Assembly (NCBI GenBank): GCA_026004455.1
Contig: BPJE01000002.1
Coordinates: 5,207 to 69,206 of the forward strand
Origin: Patescibacteria group bacterium
Lineage (GTDB): Bacteria > Patescibacteriota > Microgenomatia > UBA1406 > GWC2-37-13
Reading direction: 5' to 3'
DNA: 64,000 bases
Below are positions 48,007 to 58,814 of the stretch, in pieces. The position numbers were made by a program, and so were the translations under genes. Every line of letters begins with the position of its first letter. Positions within the stretch are counted from its first letter, which is position 1. A model generated the notes under the pieces. It did no database searches and was not told the origin of the DNA. It saw only the letters and a list, made by a program, of their open reading frames with translations.

Positions 48007-48756
48007 TTAGAGTAGAGAAGACCAAGATTTTTTTTGCTGGTTTTCAAAAACAATTCTTTTTACAAATCGCAAAATCTTTTTATTTAAATAATTAAGCTGA
48101 CTATCTGTTAACAAATCAATTGGTATTGAGTCATCTAATCTTGTTCCAATTGGAAAATGAACGCCGGAAAAATAATCTTTATATTTAGCAATCTCATCAA
48201 TAATATTTTCCCAATTAGTTAACAATTCTTTTGTTTTTATTTTTGAAACAACATGATATAAATCAACTAAACCAAAAGCATTAACTTCTTGCTTTTTATA
48301 AATATCAACTAAATTCATCATCTCTTTAACCCCATTAATTCCATCTAAATGATTTTCAATCCACAAACCTTTAATTTTATTTTTGTTTTTAAAAATAAAC
48401 TCTTGGATATTTTTATTTTCCAAATATGGAGTATGAAACAAAAACTCATAAGAGGCAAAATTTTCTGTTAACTCTTTAATTCCAAAAATAAATTTGTTAA
48501 CTAAAGTCATTGTGATTTTTCCTAAAAAGGGCAGTCTTTCTTCACCGCCAGTTTTTCCATGAAAAGATAATACTTTTATATGATTTTTTTCTAAAACATC
48601 AACAAATTTTTGAAGTCTTTTTTTTGGTTTAAAAGCAATTAACTCAACGCCATTAATATAACCTTGATTAAATAATTCTTTCCATAAAAATAAAAATGAA
48701 GAAGAATCACCTAGAAAACCAATACTATCTGAAGAAACTAAAATTTGTTTATTCAT
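48007..48756 (-). CDS. hypothetical protein (possibly a TIM-barrel sugar isomerase/epimerase-like protein)
   Basis: Clean 249-aa ORF that overlaps the gmd stop by 4 nt. Only weak resemblance (..LWIENH.., ..VHFPIG..). Confidence 0.45.
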   Translation of the reverse strand: MNKQILVSSDSIGFLGDSSSFLFLWKELFNQGYINGVELIAFKPKKRLQKFVDVLEKNHIKVLSFHGKTGGEERLPFLGKITMTLVNKFIFGIKELTENFASYEFLFHTPYLENKNIQEFIFKNKNKIKGLWIENHLDGINGVKEMMNLVDIYKKQEVNAFGLVDLYHVVSKIKTKELLTNWENIIDEIAKYKDYFSGVHFPIGTRLDDSIPIDLLTDSQLNYLNKKILRFVKRIVFENQQKKSWSSLL

Positions 48757-49736
48757 TTTTTATAATCTTTATATCTTTTCAAATCTGCCTCAACCATCAT
48801 TTTTACTAACTCCTCAAAAGAAACCTTTGGCGACCAACCTAAGATTTTTTTAGCTTTATCAGGTCGAGCTTTAAGATTTGGCACTTCAGCTGGACGTTTA
48901 AACTGAGGATCAATCACCACATATTTTTCCCAATTTTTTATTCCAGCATATTTAAAAGCTAACTCAACAAACTCTCTGACACTATGATTTTCTCCAGTAC
49001 CAACAACATAATCTCCTGGTTCTTTTTGCTGAAGCATCAAATACATTGCCTCAACATAATCACCAGCAAAACCCCAATCCCGTTTTGCTTCTAAATTTCC
49101 TAAACGCAACTCTTTTGCTAAACCATACTTTATTTTTGCCACACCATCGGTGATTTTTCTTGTGACAAATTGAATTCCGCGAATCGGTGATTCATGATTA
49201 AACAAAATCCCATTACAAGTAAAAAGACCGTAAGACTCTCTATAATTTACAGTGATCCAATAAGCATAGACTTTTGATACTCCATAAGGTGATCGAGGAT
49301 GAAAAGGTGTTTTTTCATCTTGATAACCATTAGTATGCTGTAATCCAAACATCTCACTAGTTGATGCTTGATAAAATTTAGTCGTTGGCGAAAAATACTT
49401 TATTGCATTAAGCATATATAAAGGACCCAAAGCATTAACCTCAGTAGTTAATTTTGCTTGCTCAAATGATGAACCAACAAAAGATTGAGCAGCTAGATTA
49501 TAAACCTCAGTTGGTCGAAGAGTGCGAATTAAATTCAAAAGTGAAGCTTCATCAGTCATATCGCCCTCAACATAATCAATATCATGAGTGACACCAACAT
49601 AATCAAGATTGGAAAAATTAGGATTAGAGTAGCGACGAATAAGACCATAAACTTTATAATCTTTTTCAAGTAATAATTTAGCTAAATATGGACCATCTTG
49701 TCCCAATATACCAGTAATTAAAGCAGTTCTAGACAT
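48753..49736 (-). CDS. gmd: GDP-mannose 4,6-dehydratase
   Basis: ALITGILGQDGPYLAKLLLEKDYKVYGLIRR, YQASTSEMFG, YGVSKVYAYW, NHESPIRG. Confidence 0.93.
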   Translation of the reverse strand: MSRTALITGILGQDGPYLAKLLLEKDYKVYGLIRRYSNPNFSNLDYVGVTHDIDYVEGDMTDEASLLNLIRTLRPTEVYNLAAQSFVGSSFEQAKLTTEVNALGPLYMLNAIKYFSPTTKFYQASTSEMFGLQHTNGYQDEKTPFHPRSPYGVSKVYAYWITVNYRESYGLFTCNGILFNHESPIRGIQFVTRKITDGVAKIKYGLAKELRLGNLEAKRDWGFAGDYVEAMYLMLQQKEPGDYVVGTGENHSVREFVELAFKYAGIKNWEKYVVIDPQFKRPAEVPNLKARPDKAKKILGWSPKVSFEELVKMMVEADLKRYKDYKK

Positions 49737-49843
49737 AAAAAATAAAAAAATTTTAACTAATTAATAAATTATACAAAAAAAAAACAAGGTTGTCCAATAA
49801 ATAATTATGTAACGTATAACGTGGAACTTAGAACGTAATTATT

Positions 49844-49880
49844 AAGGACAGAACCTTTTTTTCAAAAAGGTTCTGTCCTT
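49844..49880. repeat. GGACAGAACC-type REP-like hairpin
   Basis: AAGGACAGAACC-TTTTTTTCAAAAA-GGTTCTGTCCTT. Confidence 0.8.
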
Positions 49881-49892
49881 TTTATTCTTATC

Positions 49893-49929
49893 AAAGACTG
49901 TCTTTGCAATTTTTGCAAAGACAGTCTTT
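49893..49929. repeat. second, unrelated perfect hairpin (AAAGACTGTCTTTGCAA arms)
   Basis: AAAGACTGTCTTTGCAA-TTT-TTGCAAAGACAGTCTTT. Confidence 0.7.
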
Positions 49930-49996
49930 TATTAATTCCATTTTAGATTTTACTTTTGCCTTTTGACTTTTGAATTTTGAATTTTTAAAATATACT

Positions 49997-51283
49997 ATGC
50001 TCCAAAAATTATTAAGATTTATCAAACAACCAACTAGCAGAGAAATAATTATTAATACTATTGGTAATTATTTAAATGTTTTTTTTACTGCTTTTTGGGC
50101 GTTTTTGCTTGTTCGAATAATGTCACCATCTGATTATGGAGTTTTAAGTGTTTTACTTAGTATTTCTTATGTTTTAGCTAATATTTTGGATTTTGGCACA
50201 ACCGCTAGTATTTACTCATATCTGCCAAATATTTTTGAAAACAAAAGAGAAAAAGCTTATATATTTTTAAAAACTATTTTTACTTATCAAACTGTTTTTT
50301 CTTTCATTATCATCACTTTGCTTTTTGTTTTTTTTCCTTATTTAGATAAACTTTTTTTCAAAACTGATGCGTCTTTATGGGAACTTTATCTGACAGCTTT
50401 TTCTGTTATTTTTTTTATCTGGCAAAACTATGTCATCAACGCTCTCAATACCACTAAAAAATTTTTATTTTCTAATCTTATTCTAAATATCTCAAATATC
50501 ATCAAAACTCTTTTCATTTTTATACTTTATAAATTTAATCTTGTTAATGTCGGTTCAATTATTTTCACTTTTGGAATTTTAGGACCAGCATTTTTTTTCA
50601 TAATTTTATTTTTCAAAAAAAACAATACAATTTTAAATGTCTTAAAAGCAAAGATTAAAAAAGAAGAATTTCGTTTTGGTTATACTTTTAGTTTTTTTAT
50701 TGCTTCTCAATTTTCTAATCTAGCCCTTCGGATGGATCTTTTTTTATTATCATTTTTTTACCCAAGATCACCGCAAATTGGTTATTATGGTCTATCACAA
50801 AAAATTATCTTGACTATCCTTGCCTCAATCACTGCTGTCACTCAAGTCTTATCACCAAATTTTGCTAAAATTACCTCAAAAATCGAAGCAAAAAAACAGC
50901 TTATAAATGGATTTTTATATCTTTTAATTCCTGCGGGATTATTTATTATTTTATATTTTACGCCTGAATGGATTTTTAATTTGTTTTTTACAAAAAAATA
51001 TAGCCAAACCGTTGCCATTACTCATGCTTTAAGTTTAGCTTTTATTCTTTGTTCGTTTCTAAATTTACCCTTTTTGTTTATTCTTTACACAGCAAAAAAA
51101 ACTTTTCCAATATTACTTACTAACTTAATATTTTTTATAATTGTTTCAATTGGTTGTTATTTTTTAATTCCATTTTTTGGAGTTTTTGGGCCGTCAATAG
51201 CAATAGGGTTTGGGTTTTTTGTGTCTTTAATTATTCTTACTTATTACAACTTTATTGAATATAAAAAATTACCTGAAAATTAA
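49997..51283 (+). CDS. polysaccharide flippase (MOP/Wzx family)
   Basis: About 12 TM helices and the typical N-terminus ..INTIGNYLNVFFTAFWAFLLVRIMSPSDYGV. Start set at the first ATG. Confidence 0.7.
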   Translation: MLQKLLRFIKQPTSREIIINTIGNYLNVFFTAFWAFLLVRIMSPSDYGVLSVLLSISYVLANILDFGTTASIYSYLPNIFENKREKAYIFLKTIFTYQTVFSFIIITLLFVFFPYLDKLFFKTDASLWELYLTAFSVIFFIWQNYVINALNTTKKFLFSNLILNISNIIKTLFIFILYKFNLVNVGSIIFTFGILGPAFFFIILFFKKNNTILNVLKAKIKKEEFRFGYTFSFFIASQFSNLALRMDLFLLSFFYPRSPQIGYYGLSQKIILTILASITAVTQVLSPNFAKITSKIEAKKQLINGFLYLLIPAGLFIILYFTPEWIFNLFFTKKYSQTVAITHALSLAFILCSFLNLPFLFILYTAKKTFPILLTNLIFFIIVSIGCYFLIPFFGVFGPSIAIGFGFFVSLIILTYYNFIEYKKLPEN

Positions 51284-52131
51284 TTCTGTAATTCATAAGC
51301 TAAAAGAACATTTTCCATAAGAGAAACAATTGTCATTGGTCCAATACCCCCAGGAACTGGTGTAATCGCCTTAACTTTTTCAAAAACATCATTATAATCA
51401 ACATCTCCATAAAGTTTTTTTTCATCACGATTAATACCAACATCAATGACTATTGCTCCTTTTTTAACTGCTTCTTTTTTAATAAGGTTTTTTTTACCAA
51501 CAGCAACAATTAAAATATCAGCTTCCTTTGTAAGTGAAAATAAATCTTTTGTTTTTGAATGAGCTAATGTCACTGTTGCATCTTCATTAATCAACATATG
51601 AAAAATTGGTTTACCAATAAAATTGTTCCGTCCGATAACCACTGCTTTTTTACCTTGAATATCAATCTTATATTCTTTTAGAATCTTAATCACTCCTTTA
51701 GCGGTGCAAGGAAAAAAAATATTCTCATCATTTTGTTTTGCTAAAAACATTTTTCCTACATTAATCGGATTAAAACAATCAACATCTTTTAGTGGATTAA
51801 TAAATTCATTGATTTGATAAGTAAAAGGTAAAAGATGATCCGGTAATGGATATTGAATTATTATTCCATGAATATTTGGGTCTTTATTAAGATTATCCAA
51901 ATAATTAAAAAATTCTTCTTTAGTAGTCTTTTCTGGTAATAATATTTTTTTTGAAAAAAAACCAATTTTATCGCTAACAATAATTTTATTTTTTACATAT
52001 ATTTTTGAAGGCTTATCATCGCCAACAAGAATTACTGCTAATCCAGGTTTTTTTGATAAATTAACAACTTTATTTTTTACTTTTTCTATAGTTTTATCAA
52101 GAATTTTTTTACCATCTAAAATAATTGTCAT
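51280..52131 (-). CDS. folD: bifunctional methylene-THF dehydrogenase / methenyl-THF cyclohydrolase
   Basis: ILDGKKI, PGLAVILVGDDKPSKIYVKNK, GIIIQYPLP, KDVDCF, VIGRNNFIGKP, TPVPGGIGPMT. Confidence 0.93.
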   Translation of the reverse strand: MTIILDGKKILDKTIEKVKNKVVNLSKKPGLAVILVGDDKPSKIYVKNKIIVSDKIGFFSKKILLPEKTTKEEFFNYLDNLNKDPNIHGIIIQYPLPDHLLPFTYQINEFINPLKDVDCFNPINVGKMFLAKQNDENIFFPCTAKGVIKILKEYKIDIQGKKAVVIGRNNFIGKPIFHMLINEDATVTLAHSKTKDLFSLTKEADILIVAVGKKNLIKKEAVKKGAIVIDVGINRDEKKLYGDVDYNDVFEKVKAITPVPGGIGPMTIVSLMENVLLAYELQN

Positions 52132-52202
52132 ATTTAATAAAAATTGTTATTGATTTTGAAAAGTATAATTATTATTATATATTAGATTAAAAAAAATTTA
52201 TC

Positions 52203-53561
52203 ATGAAAGACAAAATAATCTCAAAACTCATAAAACTTGAAGAAAAAAGACAAAAAGAGGGGGTTGAACTTATTCCTTCTGAAAATTATGCCTCATCTGA
52301 AGTCAGAAGAGTTTTATCTTCTTATTTTGTTAACAAGTACTCCGAAGGTTATCCAAAAAAAAGATATTATGGTGGTAATGAAAATGTTGATGAGGTTGAG
52401 ATAGTGGCAATTGAACGAGCAAAAAAACTTTTTAATGTTCCTTTTGCCAATGTTCAACCTTATTCAGGCTCTCCAGCAAATCTAGCTGTTTATCTGGCTA
52501 CTTGTAAACCAGGCGATGTGGTTATGGGTCAGGCTTTAACTGCTGGAGGACATTTAACTCATGGTCACAATGTCTCAGCAACCGGAATATTTTTTAAAAC
52601 TGTACAATATACCTTAAAAAAAGATATTGATATTTATAAAAAACAAGATCTTTTTGATTATGATGAAATTAGAAAACTTGCTAAAGAAAATAAACCAAAA
52701 CTTATCTGGGTTGGAGCCACTGCTTATCCATTAAAATTTAACTATAGAAAATTTGCTGAAATTGCCGATGAGGTTGGAGCCTTTTTAGCTGCTGATATCT
52801 CTCATGTTGCTGGATTAATTGCTGGTGGTGCTCATCCATCACCAGTCCCATATGCTCACATCATCACCACTACTACTCATAAAACCCTTAGGGGTCCAAG
52901 AGGAGCAATGATTATGGTAACAGAAAAAGGTTTAAAAAAAGACCCTGAACTTGGTGATAAAATTAATAAAGCAGTTTTCCCTGGTCTTCAAGGAGGTCCT
53001 CATGACAATCAAACAGCTGCTATTGCTGTTGCCCTATATGAAGCAATGCAATCATCATTTAAAAAATATGCTGCTCAAATTGTTAAAAACTCTCAAATTC
53101 TTTCTCAAGTATTAATTGATGGTGGGTTAAAACTAATTGGCGGCGGCAGTGAAAACCATCTGATACTCGCTGATTTAACATCAATGCTTGGTCCAGGTTG
53201 TGGAGTTTTTGCTCAAAAAGCTTTAGATTTAGCAGGAATTACTTTAAATAAAAACACCATTCCCAATGAACCAGCCTCACCATTTTATCCATCAGGTATA
53301 AGGCTTGGTACACCAGCAATGACAACTCGAGGAATGAAGGAAAAAGAAATGAAGTTTATTGGTAAAAAAATTCTTGAGGTTTTGCAAATAATAAAAACTT
53401 ATTTTGAACAACAAGGTAAAGATTTTGCCTTTTGGAATTTATCAAAAGAGGAAAGAAAAGAATTTATAAAAAAATTTGACAAAGATATTGTTAAAAATAG
53501 TCAATTAAAAAAAATAAAATCAGAAATAAAAAAAGTCGCTCTCAAATTTCCAATACCATAA
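52203..53561 (+). CDS. glyA: serine hydroxymethyltransferase
   Basis: ELIPSENY, YSEGYPKKRYYGG, TTTTHKTLRGPRG (PLP-binding Lys), FPGLQGGP. Confidence 0.96.
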   Translation: MKDKIISKLIKLEEKRQKEGVELIPSENYASSEVRRVLSSYFVNKYSEGYPKKRYYGGNENVDEVEIVAIERAKKLFNVPFANVQPYSGSPANLAVYLATCKPGDVVMGQALTAGGHLTHGHNVSATGIFFKTVQYTLKKDIDIYKKQDLFDYDEIRKLAKENKPKLIWVGATAYPLKFNYRKFAEIADEVGAFLAADISHVAGLIAGGAHPSPVPYAHIITTTTHKTLRGPRGAMIMVTEKGLKKDPELGDKINKAVFPGLQGGPHDNQTAAIAVALYEAMQSSFKKYAAQIVKNSQILSQVLIDGGLKLIGGGSENHLILADLTSMLGPGCGVFAQKALDLAGITLNKNTIPNEPASPFYPSGIRLGTPAMTTRGMKEKEMKFIGKKILEVLQIIKTYFEQQGKDFAFWNLSKEERKEFIKKFDKDIVKNSQLKKIKSEIKKVALKFPIP

Positions 53562-54932
53562 TTACCGATAATATTCCAAACTCAACCCCCTAAAATTAAC
53601 TGAAGACAACTGATTTTTTCCTTGAAGTTGTAAACATTTTTTATAATCAACTCCCCAAATCTCAGCTTTATAAGGAATAACATAGATTTTTTCATTATTT
53701 AAAAAAATGTCGCGATCGCAAAGATTTTTTAAAGAGATAACTTTTATTTTTTTATCATAATAAATCAATGGGTCAAAAGAAGAAGTGATCATGTAGATTT
53801 TTTTAATTTTATTTTTTTGCAAATAAGAAGCTAAACTTTTCCAATCTTCCCGATGAAAATAGGGAATAAATAAATAAACAAATGAGAAAAAAATAAAAAT
53901 AAATAAAATATACAAATTAAATTTTTCTTTAGTAAAAACTGTTATATAACTTAAATAAATCACAAAAAAAGGCAAAAGATATAAAAATTTAAAATAATTA
54001 AGCATTGGTACAAAAATTGAAAATAAAAATCCAAGAATTATTGGAAAAATTAAAAAAAATAAAATCAACTTAATATTTTTTTTATCAAAACCAGCCTTTT
54101 GATAATAAAAATCATAATAATTTTTTATCACATCAACAAAAAAAATTAATGTAAAAATAACTGCTCCCCAATAAAAATATTTTGGATAAAAACTAATTCT
54201 ACCTATGATAAATTTTATTGGTACAAGAAGAAGATTTTTAATATTGACATTTCCTAAAACTAGTGACCAATTTAAAACTTGTTTTAAAGATATAGAAGCA
54301 TTAATTAACTGTTTAAAAAGAAGTGGCAAAATTAAAAAAGAAAAACTAACAAAAAAAATAAAAGTCACTTGAAAAAAATATTTTTTCTTTTTTAACAAAA
54401 AATAAATTAAATAACCTATTATTAAAAAAATTGATCCATAAAAACTAAAAAAACTCAAAATTAAAAATAAATTAAAAAAAATAAGATCTTTTGAAAAATG
54501 ATTGTTTCTTAATTTTAAAAAATAATAGAAACTAGTAGTGATAAAAAAAGTTGTCATCATATACATTCTTGCCTCTTGTGAATAATAAACAATTAGAGGA
54601 TTAAATAAAAATAAAATTGCTGACCAAAAACCAAGCTTTTTATCTTTTAAAATTTTTCCAATTTTATAAATAACAATTGCTGTCATTAAACTAAAAATTA
54701 CTGATGGCATTCTTAAAGATATCTCTGAAAATCCAAAAAAACTTGTCCATAATTTCATAAATAAGTAATACAAAGGCGGATGAAAATCAAAAGGAGAAAA
54801 TTTACTAATAATCTCAAAAAAATTATATTGACTAACAACTCGAGCAACAATTGCCTCATCTAACCATAAAGATTGATTTAAAGACATTAGCCTTATTAAA
54901 AAAGCAAAAATAAAAATTAAAAATATACTCAT
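53562..54932 (-). CDS. multi-pass membrane glycosyltransferase, GT-C fold (GT39/ArnT-like)
   Basis: LWLDEAIVA loop motif after TM1, more than 10 TM helices, and a small C-terminal soluble domain. Confidence 0.55.
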   Translation of the reverse strand: MSIFLIFIFAFLIRLMSLNQSLWLDEAIVARVVSQYNFFEIISKFSPFDFHPPLYYLFMKLWTSFFGFSEISLRMPSVIFSLMTAIVIYKIGKILKDKKLGFWSAILFLFNPLIVYYSQEARMYMMTTFFITTSFYYFLKLRNNHFSKDLIFFNLFLILSFFSFYGSIFLIIGYLIYFLLKKKKYFFQVTFIFFVSFSFLILPLLFKQLINASISLKQVLNWSLVLGNVNIKNLLLVPIKFIIGRISFYPKYFYWGAVIFTLIFFVDVIKNYYDFYYQKAGFDKKNIKLILFFLIFPIILGFLFSIFVPMLNYFKFLYLLPFFVIYLSYITVFTKEKFNLYILFIFIFFSFVYLFIPYFHREDWKSLASYLQKNKIKKIYMITSSFDPLIYYDKKIKVISLKNLCDRDIFLNNEKIYVIPYKAEIWGVDYKKCLQLQGKNQLSSVNFRGLSLEYYR

Positions 54933-55015
54933 AAAAACATTTTACATGATTTTAAATTAAATTAAAAACAGTTGAATTCTAAAGATTAATATTTTATATT
55001 TTATATTTGATATTT

Positions 55016-55033
55016 GTCCGCCAGCTGGCGGAT
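55016..55033. repeat. GC palindrome GTCCGCCAGCTGGCGGAT (copy 3), 3 nt upstream of tRNA-Gly
   Basis: Read directly. Its flanks (ATATTTGATATTTG) resemble the copy at 30988. Confidence 0.8.
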
Positions 55034-55036
55034 TTG

Positions 55037-55107
55037 GCGGGATTAGTTGATCGGCTCAATGTCTGCTTTCCAAGCAGAAGAGACGGGTTCGACTCCCGTA
55101 TCCCGCT
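55037..55107 (+). tRNA. tRNA-Gly (anticodon TCC)
   Basis: Acceptor GCGGGAT/ATCCCGC, anticodon stem TCTGC/GCAGA with loop TTTCCAA, T-arm ACGGG-TTCGACT-CCCGT. CCA is not encoded. Confidence 0.88.
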
Positions 55108-55862
55108 CATTTTTTTAGTTGAAGATAGATTTTTTGACTTTCCTCAAACTCTTCTTTTGTATTTATTCCAATACCAACTGAAGAAAAGGGGACCTCAACG
55201 GCAATAACTTTTTCATTATTTTTTACTGCTATTTCCACTAAACTATTGATATAGTATTCCTTTGAAACTGGTGATCGAGGAATTTTTTTAATATTTTTTA
55301 ATAAAAATTCAAAATCAAAACAATAAAATCCAGCATTAAGCTCAGTAATATTTTTTCTAATTTCATCACTAGCATCTTTATATTCAACACTTCCAATAAC
55401 ATTATTTTTTTTATCCCTTAAAATATATCCCCAATGATATTTATCATTATTCTTGCTTTTAACAGTAATTAAAGACATTTTTGCTTGATTTTTTTTATGC
55501 TCTCTTATCAATTTCTCAATATCTTCTTTTTTATAAAACATCGTATGATCACCATAACCAACTAAAATAATCTCTGGTTTTAAATTTAAATTTTTAATTT
55601 CATTTAGAGCAACTTTAACCGCATGGCCAGTACCCAATCTTTTTTTTTGATAAGCAAAAAATACTTGTTTACCTTCCAAAACTTTTTTAACACTTTCATG
55701 AAAGGCACCAATGACAACTAATATCTTATCAACAATTTTTTCCATTAAATCAATTGAGTAAAGAATTAAAGGTTTATTCAAAAAAGGTAAAGTAACCTTA
55801 TTAGTTTTTTTTGATTTTAACCTTGTCCCTTTTCCCGCTGCCAAAATTATTCCAATTATCAT
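55107..55862 (-). CDS. sugar-phosphate nucleotidyltransferase (GlmU N-terminal domain-like)
   Basis: MIIGIILAAGKGTRLKS, LGTGHAV, GYGDHTM. Confidence 0.75.
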   Translation of the reverse strand: MIIGIILAAGKGTRLKSKKTNKVTLPFLNKPLILYSIDLMEKIVDKILVVIGAFHESVKKVLEGKQVFFAYQKKRLGTGHAVKVALNEIKNLNLKPEIILVGYGDHTMFYKKEDIEKLIREHKKNQAKMSLITVKSKNNDKYHWGYILRDKKNNVIGSVEYKDASDEIRKNITELNAGFYCFDFEFLLKNIKKIPRSPVSKEYYINSLVEIAVKNNEKVIAVEVPFSSVGIGINTKEEFEESQKIYLQLKK

Positions 55863-55873
55863 AAAATTAGATT

Positions 55874-55908
55874 AAGGAAAGAATCTTTTTAAAAAAGGTT
55901 CTGTCCTT
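55874..55908. repeat. GGACAGAACC-type hairpin (degenerate left arm)
   Basis: AAGGAAAGAATC-TTTTTAAAAAA-GGTTCTGTCCTT. Confidence 0.65.
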
Positions 55909-55927
55909 ATTATTTAAATTGTTAATT

Positions 55928-56932
55928 TTATCTTTCCCAACCATTGGGATGTTTAGTATACCATTTAATCAACGATACAATTGAGTCTTCAATTTTTCTT
56001 TTTGGTATCCATCCCAAAACTTTTTTTGCTTTTTTAATATCAGCATATATCTTTGCATATTCTCCTTGACGAGGAGTAGTTTTTTTTAACTCAAATTTTT
56101 TTCCTGTTACTTCTTGAACTTTATTAACAATTTCTAAAACTGAGTTTCCAGTTCCTGTTCCTAAATTTATTATCTCTTTAAAATTACTTTCGATTAATTT
56201 TTCAACCGCTTTCAAATGGGCATCATTTAAATCAACAACATTAATATAATCTCGAATTGGTGTTTTGTCAGGAGTATCAACTTCAGGACAAGTTAAATAA
56301 AAAGGTTCAATACCCAAAGCCCCTCGAACAGCATTTTGAACCAATAAAACCGAAGGTTTTTTTGAATCACCAATTAAACCATCATCAGCAGCGCCACAAA
56401 CATTAAAATAACGAAGAATAAAATAATTTAAATCATAAATTTTTCCATACCATTCAATTATTTTTTCAGCCATTCTTTTGGAGACACCATAAGGATTAAT
56501 TGGATTTGTCTTATGATTTTCATCAACAGGTACATATTCTGTTTCACCATAAACAGCGCAAGTTGAAGAAAAAACTAATTTTTTTATACTAAACTTTTTC
56601 ATTGTTTCCAATAAATTCAAAGAGCTATTAACATTGTTATTAAAATACTTATAAGGATTTTTCATTGACTCATCAACCAAACAAGATGCTGCATAATGAA
56701 CAACTACCTCAATATCTTTTTCTTTTTCAAAAACCTCAGTTAAATCAGTTTTTAAATCTTTTTCATAAAAAACAAAATTTTCTCCATATTTTTCTTTTAA
56801 AATCTCAATTGGTTGGCGATATCCTGTTTGAAAATTATCAATTCCAACCACTTGAAAATTATTTTTTAAAAATAAATCAGCAGCAATTGAACCAATATAT
56901 CCACCAACTCCAGTAATTAAAACTTTTTTCAT
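55928..56932 (-). CDS. galE: UDP-glucose 4-epimerase
   Basis: VLITGVGGYIGS, SSTCAVYG, YGVSKRMAE, RYFNVCGA. Confidence 0.9.
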   Translation of the reverse strand: MKKVLITGVGGYIGSIAADLFLKNNFQVVGIDNFQTGYRQPIEILKEKYGENFVFYEKDLKTDLTEVFEKEKDIEVVVHYAASCLVDESMKNPYKYFNNNVNSSLNLLETMKKFSIKKLVFSSTCAVYGETEYVPVDENHKTNPINPYGVSKRMAEKIIEWYGKIYDLNYFILRYFNVCGAADDGLIGDSKKPSVLLVQNAVRGALGIEPFYLTCPEVDTPDKTPIRDYINVVDLNDAHLKAVEKLIESNFKEIINLGTGTGNSVLEIVNKVQEVTGKKFELKKTTPRQGEYAKIYADIKKAKKVLGWIPKRKIEDSIVSLIKWYTKHPNGWER

Positions 56933-56996
56933 ATTTATTTAAAAAAACTATTAATAAATTTTTTAACTATTTTTAACTATTTAAAACTATTTATAA

Positions 56997-57905
56997 CTAT
57001 TTATAACTATTTATAACTTTCTTTATCGGGTGCCAATGAACTCGATTTTCCGCTAAATAAATTCCTCCAAAAACAAAAATGCTTCCTAAAATATACCAAA
57101 AATTAGGCAACTCTCCAAGTAAAGGATAAGCAATAATTACCGCAACTACTGGATCAATATAAGTAAAAATACCAACTTCTTGTCCTTCTAATTTTGAAAT
57201 TCCGTAATAATACAAAAAATAAGCAATTGCTGAAGAAAAGAAAACTCCATAAATTATTCCCACCCAACCATTAATGGTTAATTGAGAAAATGACCAACTA
57301 GATAACTCTGAAGGGACAAAAATTAAAAATAATAAACTTGACAATAAAAAAGAAAATGCCGAAACAAAATAAGGGTTAACTTTTTTTAATAAATCTTTAC
57401 CAATTAAAGTTTGAATTACAGTTCCTAAAGTTGCCAAAACAATAAAAAAATTTCCTTCAATCTCACCAAATAAAATTTTTTTTCCATCAAAAAAAAGGGG
57501 GTAGAGAACTATTGTCAAAACACCAATTAAAGATATTATCATTCCGGCAAATACTTTTAGTTTTGGTTTTTCTTTTAAAAACAAAATTGAAAAAATATAT
57601 AAAAAAACTGGTCCTGATGAAGCAATAATTGGCACATTAATACTTTCAGTTTTTTTAAGTCCTAAGAAAAAAAAGGTAATATTGATAAATATTCCAAAAA
57701 AACCAACTAAAAAAATCTCTATCCATCTTTTAAAATTTATTTTTTGAAAATTTTTTAAAGCAATTGGTAAAAAAATTAATCCAGCAAAGAAAAATCTAAT
57801 AAAAGCTAAAGTAAAAGGTGGAATATTTTCTAAAGCAAATTTAAAAATTGGCGATGCACCTCCCCAGATAATATTAGTGATAATTAATGCTAAAATAGGA
57901 TTCAT
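56997..57905 (-). CDS. EamA/DMT-family transporter
   Basis: 10 TM helices and two EamA-like halves. Confidence 0.7.
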   Translation of the reverse strand: MNPILALIITNIIWGGASPIFKFALENIPPFTLAFIRFFFAGLIFLPIALKNFQKINFKRWIEIFLVGFFGIFINITFFFLGLKKTESINVPIIASSGPVFLYIFSILFLKEKPKLKVFAGMIISLIGVLTIVLYPLFFDGKKILFGEIEGNFFIVLATLGTVIQTLIGKDLLKKVNPYFVSAFSFLLSSLLFLIFVPSELSSWSFSQLTINGWVGIIYGVFFSSAIAYFLYYYGISKLEGQEVGIFTYIDPVVAVIIAYPLLGELPNFWYILGSIFVFGGIYLAENRVHWHPIKKVINSYK

Positions 57906-57906
57906 A

Positions 57907-58803
57907 CTAGTTTTTATTTTTTTTATTTAAATAAACAATTAATTCGCCAATTATTCCTGTTGATAAAATTTGTATTCCAACAACTACTAATAAAATTCCA
58001 AGCCACAAAATTGGTCTTCGATAAAGAAGCATATTATGAAAAATTCTTTCAAAACCCAGATATCCTAAAATTAAAAAACCTAAAAGCGATATTATTCCAC
58101 CAATCATTCCAAAAAAATGAAGTGGTCTTTCAGAAAATTTGTATAAAAATATCGCTGTTAATACATCAAAAATACCAACAAATATTTTTTTTGGACCAAA
58201 TTTTGATTTTCCAAAACGTCGAGGATTATTAATTACTGGTACCTCAGCAACCTTAAATCCTTGATAATAAACAAAAAGCGGAAAAAATCGAAAATTATTT
58301 CCATAAAAGACAAAGTCTTTGGTGACTTCTTTTTTAAAAGCTTTAAATCCACAATTAATATCAGTAAAAGGAGAATTTAAGATTTTTTTCAAAACTAATC
58401 CAGCTAATTTTGAATAAATTTTCACCAAAAAATTTTCTTTTCTTTCCATTCTTACACCATTAACAAAATCATAACCTTCATCTATTTTTTTTAAAAATTT
58501 AGACCAATCTTTTGGATCATCTTGTAAATCTGCATCCATAAAAATAATTATTTCACCTGATGCATTTTCAACACCAGTTTTCAAAGCCTCTCCTTTTCCT
58601 AACTTTTTCTTATGTTTTATTAATTTAATATTTTTATTTTTTTGAAAACTGAAAATTGAAAACTGAAAACTATCAGTGCTTCCATCATCAACTAAAACAA
58701 TCTCATAATCTTTTTTAATTTTTTTAAATTCTTTAATCAGCAAATCCAAAAGAATCGGCAAATTTTCTTTTTCATTATGAAATGGTATAACAATAGAAAT
58801 CAT
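57907..58803 (-). CDS. family 2 glycosyltransferase (polyprenol-phosphate glycosyltransferase, ArnC/DPM-like) with C-terminal TM helices
   Basis: ISIVIPFHNEKENL, VLVDDGSTD, FMDADLQDDP. The repeat-derived SFQFSIFSFQKNKN segment lies at 58641..58670. Confidence 0.8.
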   Translation of the reverse strand: MISIVIPFHNEKENLPILLDLLIKEFKKIKKDYEIVLVDDGSTDSFQFSIFSFQKNKNIKLIKHKKKLGKGEALKTGVENASGEIIIFMDADLQDDPKDWSKFLKKIDEGYDFVNGVRMERKENFLVKIYSKLAGLVLKKILNSPFTDINCGFKAFKKEVTKDFVFYGNNFRFFPLFVYYQGFKVAEVPVINNPRRFGKSKFGPKKIFVGIFDVLTAIFLYKFSERPLHFFGMIGGIISLLGFLILGYLGFERIFHNMLLYRRPILWLGILLVVVGIQILSTGIIGELIVYLNKKNKN

Positions 58804-58814
58804 TTTTAAATTTT